The position numbers and the translations under genes were made by a program. Source: Mytilus trossulus (taxonomy: Eukaryota). From it: DNA of 64,000 nt. The stretch spans positions 27,861,216 through 27,925,215 of the forward strand of contig NC_086385.1 in NCBI RefSeq assembly GCF_036588685.1, given 5' to 3'. The notes under the pieces are model-generated. The model did no database searches. It had not been told where the DNA came from and worked only from the letters and a program-made list of their open reading frames with translations. This document shows, in pieces, positions 1 through 13,085 of the stretch (the first letter of the stretch is position 1; each line of letters opens with the position of its first letter).

Positions 1-301
1 TTTTTATATTAACAAATAATGTTATTGATCAAGTTATCTATCACTGTGATGACATTGTATTCGGTATAAATCTGTTGGATTATGTGTGTCATTCTCATTT
101 ATGCGATCACAAATGCAAATCACAGCCCCATTTGTGAAATTCTAAAACTCTAACAAGGTTGTGAATTATATAAAATAACCCTATTTCGATATAATTTTTG
201 TCCTGCCAGTTTTTAAAGATACACATAATGAATGTCTGAATATCATTTTATTTTATTTGCACGAAGAAAAAAGATAAACATAAAACAAAATGTACACAAA
301 C

Positions 302-533
302 CATTTCTCTAGACGTTAATATAGACATGTGTTCTCTCCAAATACTTTTAAGTTTCGTTTGGCATGCAGTTGTACCCATAAACTGCATTAGCTCATTATT
401 TGCAGAAATCTTCATTACAGTCTTCATTGAACAACCATATTCCTTTACAGGTTGAGTAAGTATTTTCTGTGTCAGGACTCTGTCATTCGAATACATTTGT
501 GCTACACCATTGCAGGCTAAAATCTCAAAAAAC
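302..533 (-). CDS. TRPM-like exon (pre-S1 region)
   Basis: Coding core of ORF 248..664; acceptor aaatcaag|G, donor ATG|gtttgt. Confidence 0.75.
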
Positions 534-3500
534 CTTGATTTAATAAAAAAAAACGGCAATGCAGGTAGATAGTCAATTTGTAATATTACAATTAACTGAA
601 AAATTTGCAAGTACAGTTTTTTGTCTGTGAATCTTAAAATGTGAAAACCTAAATGAAGGAGCAAGTAAATGATAATAGCTTTATATAGTGTTATTCCTTT
701 ATAGCTGACCCTGTATTTTTTTTTGTTTTACTGAACACTGTCATGTTTTTTATTATTCATTGAACATTTTACAGAATAACCTCACTATATGCTGTAGCAT
801 AAACGTATTACCAGAATCTTGATAATTAAGGCGAAACAATGGGCAAAGTTTCAACAAAAAGCTGTGAAATAGCTCCTTTAGTTGTGCGTGGCCTTGTTAT
901 ATATTAAAAAATTGAATAACACAAATTTGAGTATCGGCTTCATTTCACAAATAAATGGATTTGAAATATCAAAACAACTATTTCTTTTTTATAATGTGTC
1001 ATTGCAGTCTATAAAGTACATGTACATAATCAAGCATTTCAGCTTGCACTGTATTTTTTTAATTAAGATTATACTAATGACAAGAAACTCACTAAACAAA
1101 GCCTGTTAATTTACCTCGAATTTTCCATAAATGATGCTCCAAGATCCATGTTTTCTTCAGCATCTGCTAGCTTGGATAACACCTTCAACATCGCACTAGC
1201 AAACAAAGCTGCATCTGTTTTAGAATACACTGATCATGAAAAGTCAAGCGAATAATGATAATCATATATGAATACTACAATATACATATACACACTTGTG
1301 TATCTGTGCATTCTTTCGTACCTTGTTAGCCTTCGGCTGTTATATGCTCTTTGGTCGGTGTGTTGTCTCTTTGACCAAATCCCCATTTGCATTCGAAATT
1401 GTTTGTAAACAACAAATGATTTGTTCATCAAAACACATAATACTTCATGAGATGTTCCATTTACTATACTCGCTAATTGCTACCGCGACATTTGTTGTCT
1501 GGAATTCTGATGTATTTATATCGATAGATGATGTGCATGGTTTGGCATCATAGGAAGTTATTGCAATTCCTTCAGATGTATTCTACTGGGTTGTGCACTC
1601 GAAAAGGTTTAACAAGGACTGATCATGTCTTAAAAATAAATTCGCCGCTTGTCTATTCTATGGTCGGGTTGTTGTCGCTTTGACACATTCCGCATGTCGA
1701 TTCTCAATTGTATTGGGGTCAGTTTTATTGTTCCATCCTCATGTGTTTTTGGTTTGCTACGGTTCAGGGTGAAATATTGTGTACCACATCAACCTCTTTT
1801 GTTTTTGTTTTAGAAAACTGACGATGCTTTTAATCTATATTGCACCGATAATGTTGAATATATTTAAGCATACTTACATAAACATGTCCCTTTGGTATGG
1901 TTGGCATCCTCTGTCAATCCATTTTTCAATAAAAACATTACATCGTCACGTTTATTAAGTATGACAGACCAAATAATTACGTCTCTTCTTTTTATTTCAT
2001 CGCTCTCTTCTATATCTGCAAAAGGTTAATGATGTTTACTTGATGTCATCTTTGAAGAGGACAAATAACAAAATGGAAATATAAATCATATATGCTGATA
2101 ATTATCAACAAAGAATAGAAAAATTCAATGTAATTAATTCTGACCTTTTTTTGGGAAGTGCTTTCAAAAGATTGAAAATCAATATAAAAAAATCAATAAT
2201 TCGGGTCACTATCGTTCTTGTACCGATTAAGACGAAACTTGCACAATGAAAGACAATTTGCGATCGATGCTAATTTGTCGGCGTTTTTTTTTTTTTTTTT
2301 TTGCGTATAAGCCTTGCAGATCTATTTTGTAAATACAATTGAACTTAATTTATTTTAGACCAAATATGAAATATTTACCTTGTGTTGTTTTTGTTTCACA
2401 ATTGAAATGTAATATTGATAAAACTGTGTTGGTATAGTTTTTCGAAACATCAATCACTTTGTCAAAAGTTCTGTAAAGTTATTCAAATCTTTGATGGCTT
2501 GAAGTACTTCTAGAATTTCAGAACACTCTTACACACACAAAATAGAACTAAGAAAATGTGGTGTGATTGTTAATGTGATACATTGCTTTCAATGACCACA
2601 TTATATTGAAGTAAGAAATTATACGTCACCTTAAAGCCTTTCGCAAAGAGAAAAGTCCAAACCACACGCTAAGCTATAAACAGCCTCATTATTGAAGTAT
2701 AAAATCAATTGTATATGAGAGAAACCGAATGCATTTATTTTCTTTTTTTCAAAATATGCAAATTAATGAAACGTTAACTAGGTCAATATTTGAAACTTTG
2801 TGGTAAAATTTTAAAATATGAGTACTTTTATCGATGCCCTTTCAAAACGATATTAATGAAATGAGACTGATTGAGAACATGTTACTTTTACAATGTTTCT
2901 TTTTGATATATACCTTCGTAATACTGATAAACATGTAAATTTTGGATTTTTTTTTATTAACAACAATTTTCCGTTTTCGCGCTAATTACCGCACTCAGAC
3001 TAGGCCAAGATCACACAACGATCTTTAAAAAAAATGCAAATTTTGACGATCGTAGAACGATCGCATAGGTTGCAGTAAGGTTAGTGTACGGGCGAGGTTT
3101 GGTCTTTTTGATTGCTTTGAGCGTGTCCAGCTGTGAACAAAACAATCGTGGTGCTGTCGTGGCGAAATTGGGTTGTGGGGAATAACAGTGAGGTCGTATC
3201 AAGTTCGTGGTAAGATCAAAGTACAATCGTAGTCAAATCGCGATTCTTGTCGGAAAGATTGCACTACGATTTCACAGCGACGTTACTTCGACCTCACTAC
3301 GACCATCACGTTCTCCCCGCGACCTTATAACGCTCCTACTACGACTTTACTACTATTAAAGACCATAAAACGATTCTTGCACAACCATGCTTTCCTTACA
3401 CGCTCATAATATGACCTTACTACGTTCATTCCACAACCATGTAGAGTTCTAGTTTTGCTCATTGTTATTTTCACAATAATTAAATGAAAGCTCTCCAGGT

Positions 3501-4838
3501 TTTTTGTTTGTATGTTATGTGGACCTCATGTCCATGCATGACTTCCAACAGTTCAATCATATCTGTAGTATTCCCACCATGTTTTTTTTCATAAGATATC
3601 GTCATTTGATCTTGATGGATCAGCAATACAATGTGATTCAAGTTGGATTGATTGATCCAACATCTCTAATGGATCAAGATTTGTATCAGAGGCCAATCTG
3701 ACTCTACCCCTACCACCACGCCCACGAGTTCTTATAGAATTTAATGGCATGCCTGTGTTGTTTTCGATAATACTACGTATAAATGACATGTAGAAAGATT
3801 GGAACAGTATTTTATATTGAACACTATGTTGTCGTGATTTATGAGAGCGTAGTTAGATCGCGGTCAGTTTGGACGTGGTAAGATCATGGTAACAGCGTGA
3901 TAAGATCGAGTTAGAAGATGATGATAATCGTAATGAAGCAAGATAATAAGCATGGTTTGAACGTGGTATAATCGTAGCAGGATCGTTATTGAATCGTAAT
4001 GCAGACGTAGTAGCATCGTCGAAACAATGAACATCTACACTTGAATGCCGCTCATAGCGCGACCTCACCACGATCTCAATTTAATTCAAATCGCGGTGAG
4101 CGTGACGCGGTCGTCTAGTGGGACTAGGGCATTATCATTATTGTTGATAATGTAGATATCTGTATTTAACTACATATGTTATTATACTTTGTTATCATCA
4201 AAACAACTAGTATATACCAATTAATAGTTTATCTTTTTATGTTTGAACTGGTTTACACTAGTCGTTTTGGAACATTTGTAGCTCGTTGATGACCATACTT
4301 TGATCCATAATTGTTAACGTTTTAAACGTGATGGCTACTTGAAAGGTGGGTTGTCTCATTGACACTCATACCACACCTTCTAAGATATACAATTGATTTT
4401 TTTGTAAAGGCACTGTGAGTTGACATAATGTTATATGTCGTTGTTGTATAAGGTTCTTTCTCTTAAACGAATACCGCTAATGAATAAGTTACATATAACA
4501 TATATATATTACAATGCCCTAATTTTTGGGAATTTGTGTTAGTTGTGTGAAAAATATAGCGAAATCCTATATAAAATTAAAAAAAAAATGATTTAGACCC
4601 GCGAGCCCCCTTACGTGCTATTGGTGGTTTCACTGATGATAGATAATTGATATACACGTACAGTTCGTAAACTCTATACAATACACTGGAATATCAAAAT
4701 ACTGGAATACCATGTTTATAGTAAAATTCCAATACAATTGTATGCTAAGTATTAGACTAAGTTTGAAACGGCTACTCACCTATGTAAACATCATACGATT
4801 CGTCCTTTAAGATACGTTTCAGGAGTTTACCAATGTCT
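302..4838 (-). CDS. TRPM-like cation channel, partial (internal exons 4838-4780, 2015-1878, 1214-1115, 533-302; possible extra exon 6478-6451)
   Basis: Four GT-AG exons join in compatible phases: DIGKLLKRILKDESYDVYI/DIEESDEIKRRDVIIWSVILNKRDDVMFLLKNG...CL/YAALFASAMLKVLSKLADAEENMDLGASFMENS/RFFEILACNGVAQMYSNDRVLTQKILTQPVKEYGCSMKTVMKISANNELMQFMGTTACQTKLKSIW. This follows the TRPM MHR3/4-to-pre-S1 motif order (DIG, W(A/S)VLxNR, AALxASxxL, FE..LL, CQxxLxxIW). Recognised by eye, not by HMM. Confidence 0.75.
1115..1214 (-). CDS. TRPM-like exon (AALFASAMLK)
   Basis: acag| ... |gtaaat, 100 nt, phase 1 to 2, open frame. Confidence 0.75.
1878..2015 (-). CDS. TRPM-like exon (DVIIWSVILNKR)
   Basis: ttttgcag| ... 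|gtaagt, 138 nt, phase 1 to 1. Confidence 0.7.
2985..4133. mobile_element. non-autonomous DNA transposon, probably PIF/Harbinger-derived
   Basis: CpG-rich island in AT-rich DNA. It has dense ACGATC/GATCGT motifs in opposing orientations, a right end ...gggactagggca-tta and a weakly complementary left end. Confidence 0.45.
4780..4838 (-). CDS. TRPM-like exon (DIGKLLKRIL)
   Basis: tttttttag| ... |gtgagt, 59 nt, phase 2 to 1. Confidence 0.6.
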
Positions 4839-5054
4839 CTAAAAAAACGTTTTACACATTTTTGGTCAGAATATATCATATCTCGAGTGTGTCGCCCGCA
4901 ACACCATTTCTATTTTGAAAAAAAATGCATATTTGTAATACTTTAATGTTACAAAATATAATTGTCTGAAAAGGGTTGAATCATTTGATTATATATTGTA
5001 TAGTTTCGTATATAGTACACTGACGAACTGAATAAATACATACATTACCTGAGG

Positions 5055-5290
5055 TAATGATAGTTATCAAAGGTACCAGGATTATCATTTAATACGCCAG
5101 ACGCGCGTTTCGTCTATATAAGACTCATCAGTGACGCTCATATCAAAATATTTATAAAGCCAAACAAGTACAAAGTTGAAGAGCATTGAGTATCCAAAAT
5201 TCCAAAAAGTTGTGCCAAATACGGCTAAGGTAATCTATGCCTGGGATAAGAAAATCCTTAGTTTTTCGAAAAATTCAAAATTTTGTGACA
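5055..5290 (+). repeat. dispersed repeat family A
   Basis: ggtaccaggattat...gacgcgcgtttcgtct...tgccaaatacggctaaggtaa recurs inverted at ~39787-39892 and ~48580-48990. Confidence 0.8.
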
Positions 5291-6450
5291 GGATGAAACT
5301 TTCCAGATCATTGACGTTGCGCGAATTACTTAAAGGAGCAATATCCGTCGAATAACTGGATCCATGATTAGTTTGAACTCATCTCATAGATTTAAAGGTT
5401 GTATAACCAGGTCAGCTTGATTTAAAACAAAAATTATGTAAATCATGGTCTGAACATGTTAAAAACGATAAAGGTGGTATAGTAACGGGTGCAACTGAGG
5501 TTCAAATATTGACTTGCAAGTGAATAATGTATTTGAGTTGTGTTTAATCTTATTTTAACCTCATTGACCAAGTAAAACATACTGCCATGAGCTCAGACTT
5601 ACTTCATCATTCCGCTTTAAAATATATTTGCATTTTTAAATGATAATTGTGCATTTCTATATTACTGCAATTGATTAAGAAAAATATGAAATAGGCCGAA
5701 TGGAAATTAAATAAATTTAAAGTCAGAATGTCCACTTATTATTCTTATTACAATTAAAAAAGTAAAATCACAAAAATACTGAACTTCGAGGAAAATTCAA
5801 AACGGCATGTTCCTTATCAAATGGTGAAATCAAATGATAAAACACATCAACTGGATGGACACAAACTGTCATATTCCTGAATGGGTACAGGCATTTTCTA
5901 AAAGGGAGATGTGATATCTAATAGACCATCCATGACAAGATCAATGTTTTAATACAAGAACATGCCAATGAAATGTGATAACAAACGGGATATGCGAAAC
6001 ATGTATATGACATTTGCGTCAACTGGTAATCAAATGCAAGTCGTCAAATGAAATGATAGACAGATTGGCGCAATGCAGGTTTACCATATACTAATTAAAT
6101 TTGATGGCATGGCAAACAATAACATATTTCTTGACATAATACACAAATCAGCTGATCTGCAAGGTATCTACTTTATGCTTGATAATTCGTGTTACAACCA
6201 TATATAACGCCGACTGATAAACATCCATATTAATCTAGTTGGTTTAGGTGGTATTGCCAAGAATTCTTATTATTGGGGTACAATCCCTTTAAGATAATGA
6301 GGAACATTTGCTTATTTGCAGCTTTTCATAGTTGTGCTAAATAAAAAATGAATTATATGTTAAGCAGGGTTTAAGTCCCGAATAACCAAAGGCTATAGGA
6401 TGGCGAACAGTTGTCGCAAATAGGTCACTTAAATAGGTATGCATACATAC

Positions 6451-6478
6451 CCGTTTTGTATGATATTGTAGTCTTGAC
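6451..6478 (-). CDS. possible TRPM-like microexon (QDYNIIQNG)
   Basis: cttttaag| 28 nt |gtatgt, phase compatible with the DIG exon; short, so it could be chance. Confidence 0.35.
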
Positions 6479-9400
6479 CTTAAAAGAATCCCCGCGCTGT
6501 CATCACTTTTCATATACTGAAAACATTTAAAAAAACGTCCTCAATGAGGTTACTATTGATTTATTGTTATTTTTGGTTAGTGCAAGAGGTTTACTAGTAT
6601 TACATTTATAATAGCGTGGAGATTCCGTGTTCATCAATAGTTAAATTTACATTTGAAAAAAGATGTTTACATGCGTTCGGTTAGATTTCCCGTATTCGTT
6701 ACAGTAATTCACATTGGCAATCATACAATCACTCCTTTTTTTATTTTTTAATGTGTGTGTAGACGGATTACATCAGTACAGATCATTACCAAATTTATTA
6801 AAAAAAATTGTTCACATGATTGATTTAATTTAATAGTAACCGTACACCCTTCGTTTTTTTTTTTTGGGGGGGGGACTACTTTCAGTTTTAGCTACAAGAG
6901 GACGTCATCTGTGGTGTCATTTTGCAGTGTTTTAAATCAATATTCACTGTTCTAATGCTAATTACTGGATTTGTTTTTCGTTTTATTTCTATTTTTCATA
7001 AATCAGTTTGTTAGTTTTATGAATATTTTTCAATTTGCCATTTCGGAGCCTTTTTTAACTGGCATTTTTATCATTGTTGAATTCTGTAAGATGACTCATT
7101 GATGTTACCCTCCTAAGTCAGTTGTTTTCTTTGGGTGATATTTTTCTCGGTGGCAATTATACCACATATCCTTATTTATACATAACTTACAATATTGCAT
7201 AGTGTTTATTTTTCACCAAAACAGAAAATGGGCAATATAAACTTCACTCGCTTAAACGACTTACCACATGAAATTGCATGAAAGGCAGATATCGATTAAA
7301 AGCTTTTCGAGATCGACCCAGGAATTTATTTCAAAATGTTCATTTATGTCATGAAACAAGCAAAATACAGCGATTTTGTAACAAATAGGACATATAACGA
7401 CGTCAATATATGTTTTTCAATTATGTAGTACTGATATCATGTATCACTGCATTCCTCGCTATATCTATAATCTGTTTTATTTTCAAGAGTATTTATGAAT
7501 ATCTATGAATAAATTTGTTACAAAAATCTGTATTTGTTTGAATTTGTTCCAATTTATAATCTATACTAGTTTTATCAAAACGTTACCAGCTTGTAATTTT
7601 GCCGGAGTTTTTTATATGTCCATGATTCCCAAGTTGTTATATCAATATCTTCTATTTTGCCATCGTCTTCCTCTTTTGATAACTGCATGATTAACTCTAC
7701 AAGGGAAATAATATAAATAATGTAGTTCCAATAAAAAAAAGAATCTATAGTTAGATAACAAACACGTGTTTTTTGTACTGCATTCTATAGTCACATGAGC
7801 AATGAACGCTATAGTTATAGAGTTTAACCTAAAACTGATTTCCAATAATCATTTACAAATTTTAAAGCACAAAAATAAACACATTAAATTCCGAATGAGT
7901 GTGATTTATATATATTTTTTTATTTTTCATCTCATTTTATTAAACTTGAAAAGATTTCACTCAATGGAATTCTCCTTTTACTTAACAACTAACAACGCCA
8001 TAGTTACTATAGAAAATTAAGTTTAAACTTTCATAATATCATCAAAATCAAAATCAGTGTGTTAAAACTGGTTTGATCCAGTGGTAACACTGCTATTTCT
8101 AAAGCTAAATAAGGGGCATAACTCTTCGTCAGTAAATGTAAAAGCTATCAGAAACAATGTTGACAAGATTTTTTAGGCGTCACGTGTTTATATCTATTAC
8201 AATGCGAAACTAGAAAAAAAAGACATAATTTACTGAATAAACCAATGACATAAATACATAAGAAGTGATATCAATCAATTTATGCATGTACAAAAATGTA
8301 CTAGGTAAATATTAAGTAAACAAAGTCTTAAAACGGTATTACATGAAATCCTTGAAGTCAGTACATATGGCATTATTACTTATAACTCAAAACATTTCCC
8401 ATGGGAAGGTTCTCAACAAATGCACATATTGTGTGTTTTATCTGGTATTAAATGTAAACAACGATTTATAATACAGAGAATAAAATCGTGTCATAAAAAT
8501 TCAAATATAAATGTAACTTTACCATGGTTACAGTGTGGCAATTCTTTACCTGTATATATTGCATTGTCATGGAGAAAATTAAATATAATCTCGATTAATT
8601 TTTATATTGCAAAACAGTGATTATTTTATTTAGAAATAGATGAACAAACTGTATGTGTTAGTGTAGTGTAGTGTAAATAAAAAGAAAATACCTTTAAAAT
8701 CAAAATAACTAAGACTAAATTACACAGTTATTGCATTCACAAAATAAGTCAATAATATCTAACCTCGGGAAGGTACGACATTTATGTGCTATCTGATGAC
8801 AGCAGGACTAAAGTACAAACACATTAGGTTTTACATGACTGCATTTAGATTTCAGATAAAACAAAATCATATTCTTAAAATACAAGTTACGATACATATT
8901 AAATATAGGCATACGATGATCTTTTTTTATTAAATGACTGAATTTCGATTTGAGATAAATCAAACTTATATTTGTAAAAATTAAATTAGCAATACATATT
9001 ACATTTAGACACAAACTATGATCATGTTTAAATTCAATTTCATTAGAACTAAGCATTATCACATTCTTTATAGTAAATTAACGCGTTTACAAATTCTGTA
9101 TATTGAATTTCAATTCAATTCAATATTTTATTTAAGTCTCATCTCTCAATAATATTTAATACAACATTACATTAAATGTAAAAAATATATAAATATAAAA
9201 AGAGAGCCATTCTGTACAGAAGTACAAGAGACTATAACATCTGTATTTGAATGATTATATATAGTGATCAAATAAGAAATTGTAAGAGAATATTTGTCAC
9301 TCAAATTTCCATTTCAAGTACAAAGTTAAGACAGAAATATTCGTTTAAAGTGAAGCACAAGTTTTTCAATTAATTTCTTTGATATAATGTTACAAATACA

Positions 9401-9576
9401 TAAACTTACCTTTTATAGTAGCTTATTCATTCACAAAGTCACGTTATTCCTTTAATACGTGAACAGTGTGTCGTTTGTTTCAAAAGGAATCAGCCATGAC
9501 CAAAGTCATTTAAAACTCCTTAAACACGCACTAAAAATTTTGAATCATAATGACATTGTAGAAACACAAATTATAA

Positions 9577-12500
9577 TTAAAAACCAATTGTTCAGAGAAC
9601 AATTGAAGGTCTTTCCACCAAAAAAACAGTATTTTAATATGAAAGGTGTAAAATTAAGTTTAAAATGTCATTTCCTCAATTGATAGCTTATTGTATGCTG
9701 ATTCCAAAAATATATGGTTTCTATACAATATTTTTAAATAAGGGAGATAAGTTCTTACTTCCGGTTTTAAAAATGCTATTTCCGATAATATTTGACTATT
9801 TACTTGACACTGATTCTAAAAATATCTTGTTCTATATACTTTTATATCAATAAAGTACAGTAAGTAGCTACTTCCGGTTAACACAAGGTCACTTCCGGTT
9901 GTTTTTTTCAAGGTTTAATGGTTTGATACCGTTTGTGAAAAGTCTTACGGCTTTATCATGTATACACATGAGGTAAAAGCAAAGGTCAAAATCTAGAACG
10001 TCAAATTAAGCTATAACCAAGAACATCAAACCAAAACACCATAGGTCTTGATTATGTTTGGTTAATGAGTTATATCACTATACGCATATTTTTAAATACA
10101 ATAGGGGACAAAATTCCCTTTTACGTTCAACGTACCCTTGTAATTTTCTTGTTACGACATGTCGCAAATAACAATTCAGAAAAAATAATTTGTCGATATC
10201 TTATACGGTTTCTGAAAATGAGTGGAAAGAAGCAAAATTCAAAAATAAGAATATGACCTTGACCTTTGACCTTGACCTAGTTTTCATTTTTTTAGACCAA
10301 GGACCTCAAATCAAAAGATCCTTTGTCTCTAGCACTTATGGTTTACAAGATAGAAATGCATATCACTTATATCAAATAAATAAGGGGAAATAACTCTCAT
10401 ATGGAGCGTGCATATCACTTCGGTCAAAATAGGACAAATCATGCGAAGGATATAGCAATTTTGTAAAATAAATTTGTCATCATATTTTACGGTTGCAAAG
10501 GAGTTGCGCTCACAAGGAAAACAGTGTTTGGGGAGATAACTCCTACAAAGAAAAGTATTCGGTTACGCAGGGTAAATTTCAAAAGCGCATAAACTGTTCG
10601 ATATCATATACCAAATATCTAAGCGACATATTGCGAAACAAATGTTTATCGCCAGAACAAAATTAGGTGGAAGAAAAAAAAAATTAAAAACCAATTGTTC
10701 AAAGAACAATTGAAGGTCTTTCCATCAATAAGTATCTATTTTGATATGAACATATTAAAATTCAGTTGAAAATGTCAGTTCCTATGGCTTAATGATGTAT
10801 AAATATGAATTTCAAGCAAAGGTCAAAATCTAGAACGTCCAATTAACCTATGACCTTGACCTCAATTTTAGGGTCATAAACCAAGGATTCCAAATCAAAA
10901 GACCCTAGGTCTGTATTATGTATGGTTCATGAGTAATATCCCTTTACGCATAATTCTAAATATAAAAGGGGCAAAAACTCCCATTTATTGTCTACGCACT
11001 CTTCCAATCAAAATTTATCAGTTACGACATGTTGCAACTAACAATAAAGTAAAAATAATTTGTCGAAATCTTATAAAGTTAATGAAAAAGAGTGAAAATA
11101 AGCCAAAATCAAAATTTAGAATTTGACTTTGACCTTTGACCTTGACCTAATTTTCATTTTTTGGACCAAGGACCTCAAATCAAAAGATCCTTGGTCTCAA
11201 GCACTTATGGTTTACAAGATAGAAATGCATATCACTTATATCAAATGCATAAGGGGAAATAACTCTCATATGGAGCGTTCATATCACTTCGGTCAAAATA
11301 GGACAAATCATGCTAAGGATATAACGAGCAATTAGGTAAAATAAATTTGTCATAATATTTTACGGTTGCGAAGGAGTTGCGCTAACAAGGAAAACAGTGT
11401 TTGGGGAGATAACTCCTACAAAGAAAAGTATTCGTTTATGCAGGGTAAATTTCAAAAGCGCATAAACTGTCTGATATCATATACCAAATATCTAAGCGAC
11501 ATATTGCGAAACAAATGTTTATCGCAAGAACAAAATTAGGCGGAAGAAAAAAAAAAAATAATCAGAAGAAAAACAATAGGTCTTTCCACAGAAAAGTGGA
11601 AAGACCTAATTAAAAACCAATTGTTCAGAGAACAATTGAAGGTCTTTCCACTGAAAACAATGTATCTTAATATGAAAGTTATGAAATTAAGTTTAAAATG
11701 TCATTTCAATCGTCAACTGATAGGTTATTGTACGCTGATTCCAGAAATATATGGTTTCTATACAATATTTTTTAAATAAGGGCGATAATTTGTTACTTCC
11801 GGTTCGAAAAATGTTACTTTCGATAATATTTGAATATTTAATTGACACTGATTTCAAAAAGATCTGGTTCTAAATACTTTTTTATTAATAAAGTTAAAAA
11901 AATAGCTACTTCCGGTTTACAAAATGTCACTTCCGGTTGTTTTTTTCAAGGTTAAATGGTTTGATACCTTTCGCCAAAAGTCTCATGGCTATATCATGTA
12001 TACATATGAGCTGAAAGCAAAGATCAAAAACTAGAACGTCAAATTAATCTATGACCTTGAGATCAATTTCAAGGTCATAAACCACGGACCTCAAATCAAA
12101 AGACCATAGGTCTTAATTATATTTGGTTAATCAGTTATATCACCATACGTGTATTTTTAAATACAAGAAGCGAGAAAACTTCGGTCAAAATAGGACAAAT
12201 CATGCGAAGGATATAACGAGCAATTTTGTAAAATAAATTTGTCATAATATTTTACGGTTGCGAAGGAGTTGAGCTAACAAGGAAAACAGTGTTTGGGGAG
12301 ATAACTCCTACAAAGAAAAGTATTCGTTTACGCAGGGTAATTTCAAAAGCGCATAAACTGTTCGATATCATATACCAAATATCTAAGCGACATATTGCGA
12401 AACAAATGTTTATCGCAAGAACAAAATTAGGCGGAAGAAAAAAAAAAATAATCAGAACAAATACAATAGGCTTTCCACAGAAAAGTGGAAAGACCTAATA

Positions 12501-12600
12501 ATCAGAAGAAAAACAATAGGTCTTTCCACAGAAAAGTGGAAAGACCTAATAATTAGAAGAAAAACAATAGGTCTTTCCACAGAAAAAATGGAAAGACCTA
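9577..12600 (+). mobile_element. three head-to-tail copies of a ~1-kb Helentron/HINE-like non-autonomous element
   Basis: Units start with ttaaaaaccaattgttc-nn-agaacaattgaaggtctttcca at 9577, 10684 and 11610. The 3' hairpin taggtctttccac-agaaaa-gtggaaagaccta shares the subterminal motif, and the 3' 51-bp module is present three times (~12445-12600). Confidence 0.75.
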
Positions 12601-12659
12601 TTTACAGACAGTAAGAATTTTTGGGATATATATTCGCTCCTCTTGTTTTTGGATGTTTG

Positions 12660-13085
12660 CGGATATTCGGACTGCTCAGGTTTTATCCATGTAGTGTCAT
12701 TAACAGATTTTGTTCTTATGTTGTACTGTTATAGCACTGTGTCAGGTTAGGGGGAAGGTTGGGATCCCGCTAACATGTTTAACCTCGCCACATTATTTAT
12801 GTATGTGCCTATCCCAAGTCAGGAGCCTGTAATTCAGTGGTTGTCGTTTGTTTAGGTGTTACATATTTGTTTTTCATTCATTTTTTACATAAATAAGGCC
12901 GTTATTTTTCTCGTTTGAATTATTTCACATTGTCTTATCGAGGCCTTTTATAGCTTACTATGCGGTAGGGACTTTGTTCGTTGTTAAAGGCCGTGCGGTG
13001 ACCTATAGTTGTAAATATTTGTGTCATTTTGGTCTTTTGTGGATAATGTCTCATTGGCAATCATACCACATCTTCTTTTTTATAT
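12660..13085 (+). repeat. dispersed repeat family B
   Basis: cttatgttgtactgtta...gggatcccgc...ctcattggcaatcataccacatct also occurs at ~23560-23910 and ~60770-61010. Confidence 0.75.

Noticed and set aside
2379-2470. Candidate additional TRPM exon
   Set aside because: The open frame starts in phase 2, which is incompatible with the upstream exon ending in phase 1
12445-12600. Palindromic 51-bp repeats resembling a CRISPR array
   Set aside because: No unique spacers, no cas genes, eukaryotic context; they are element-end hairpins
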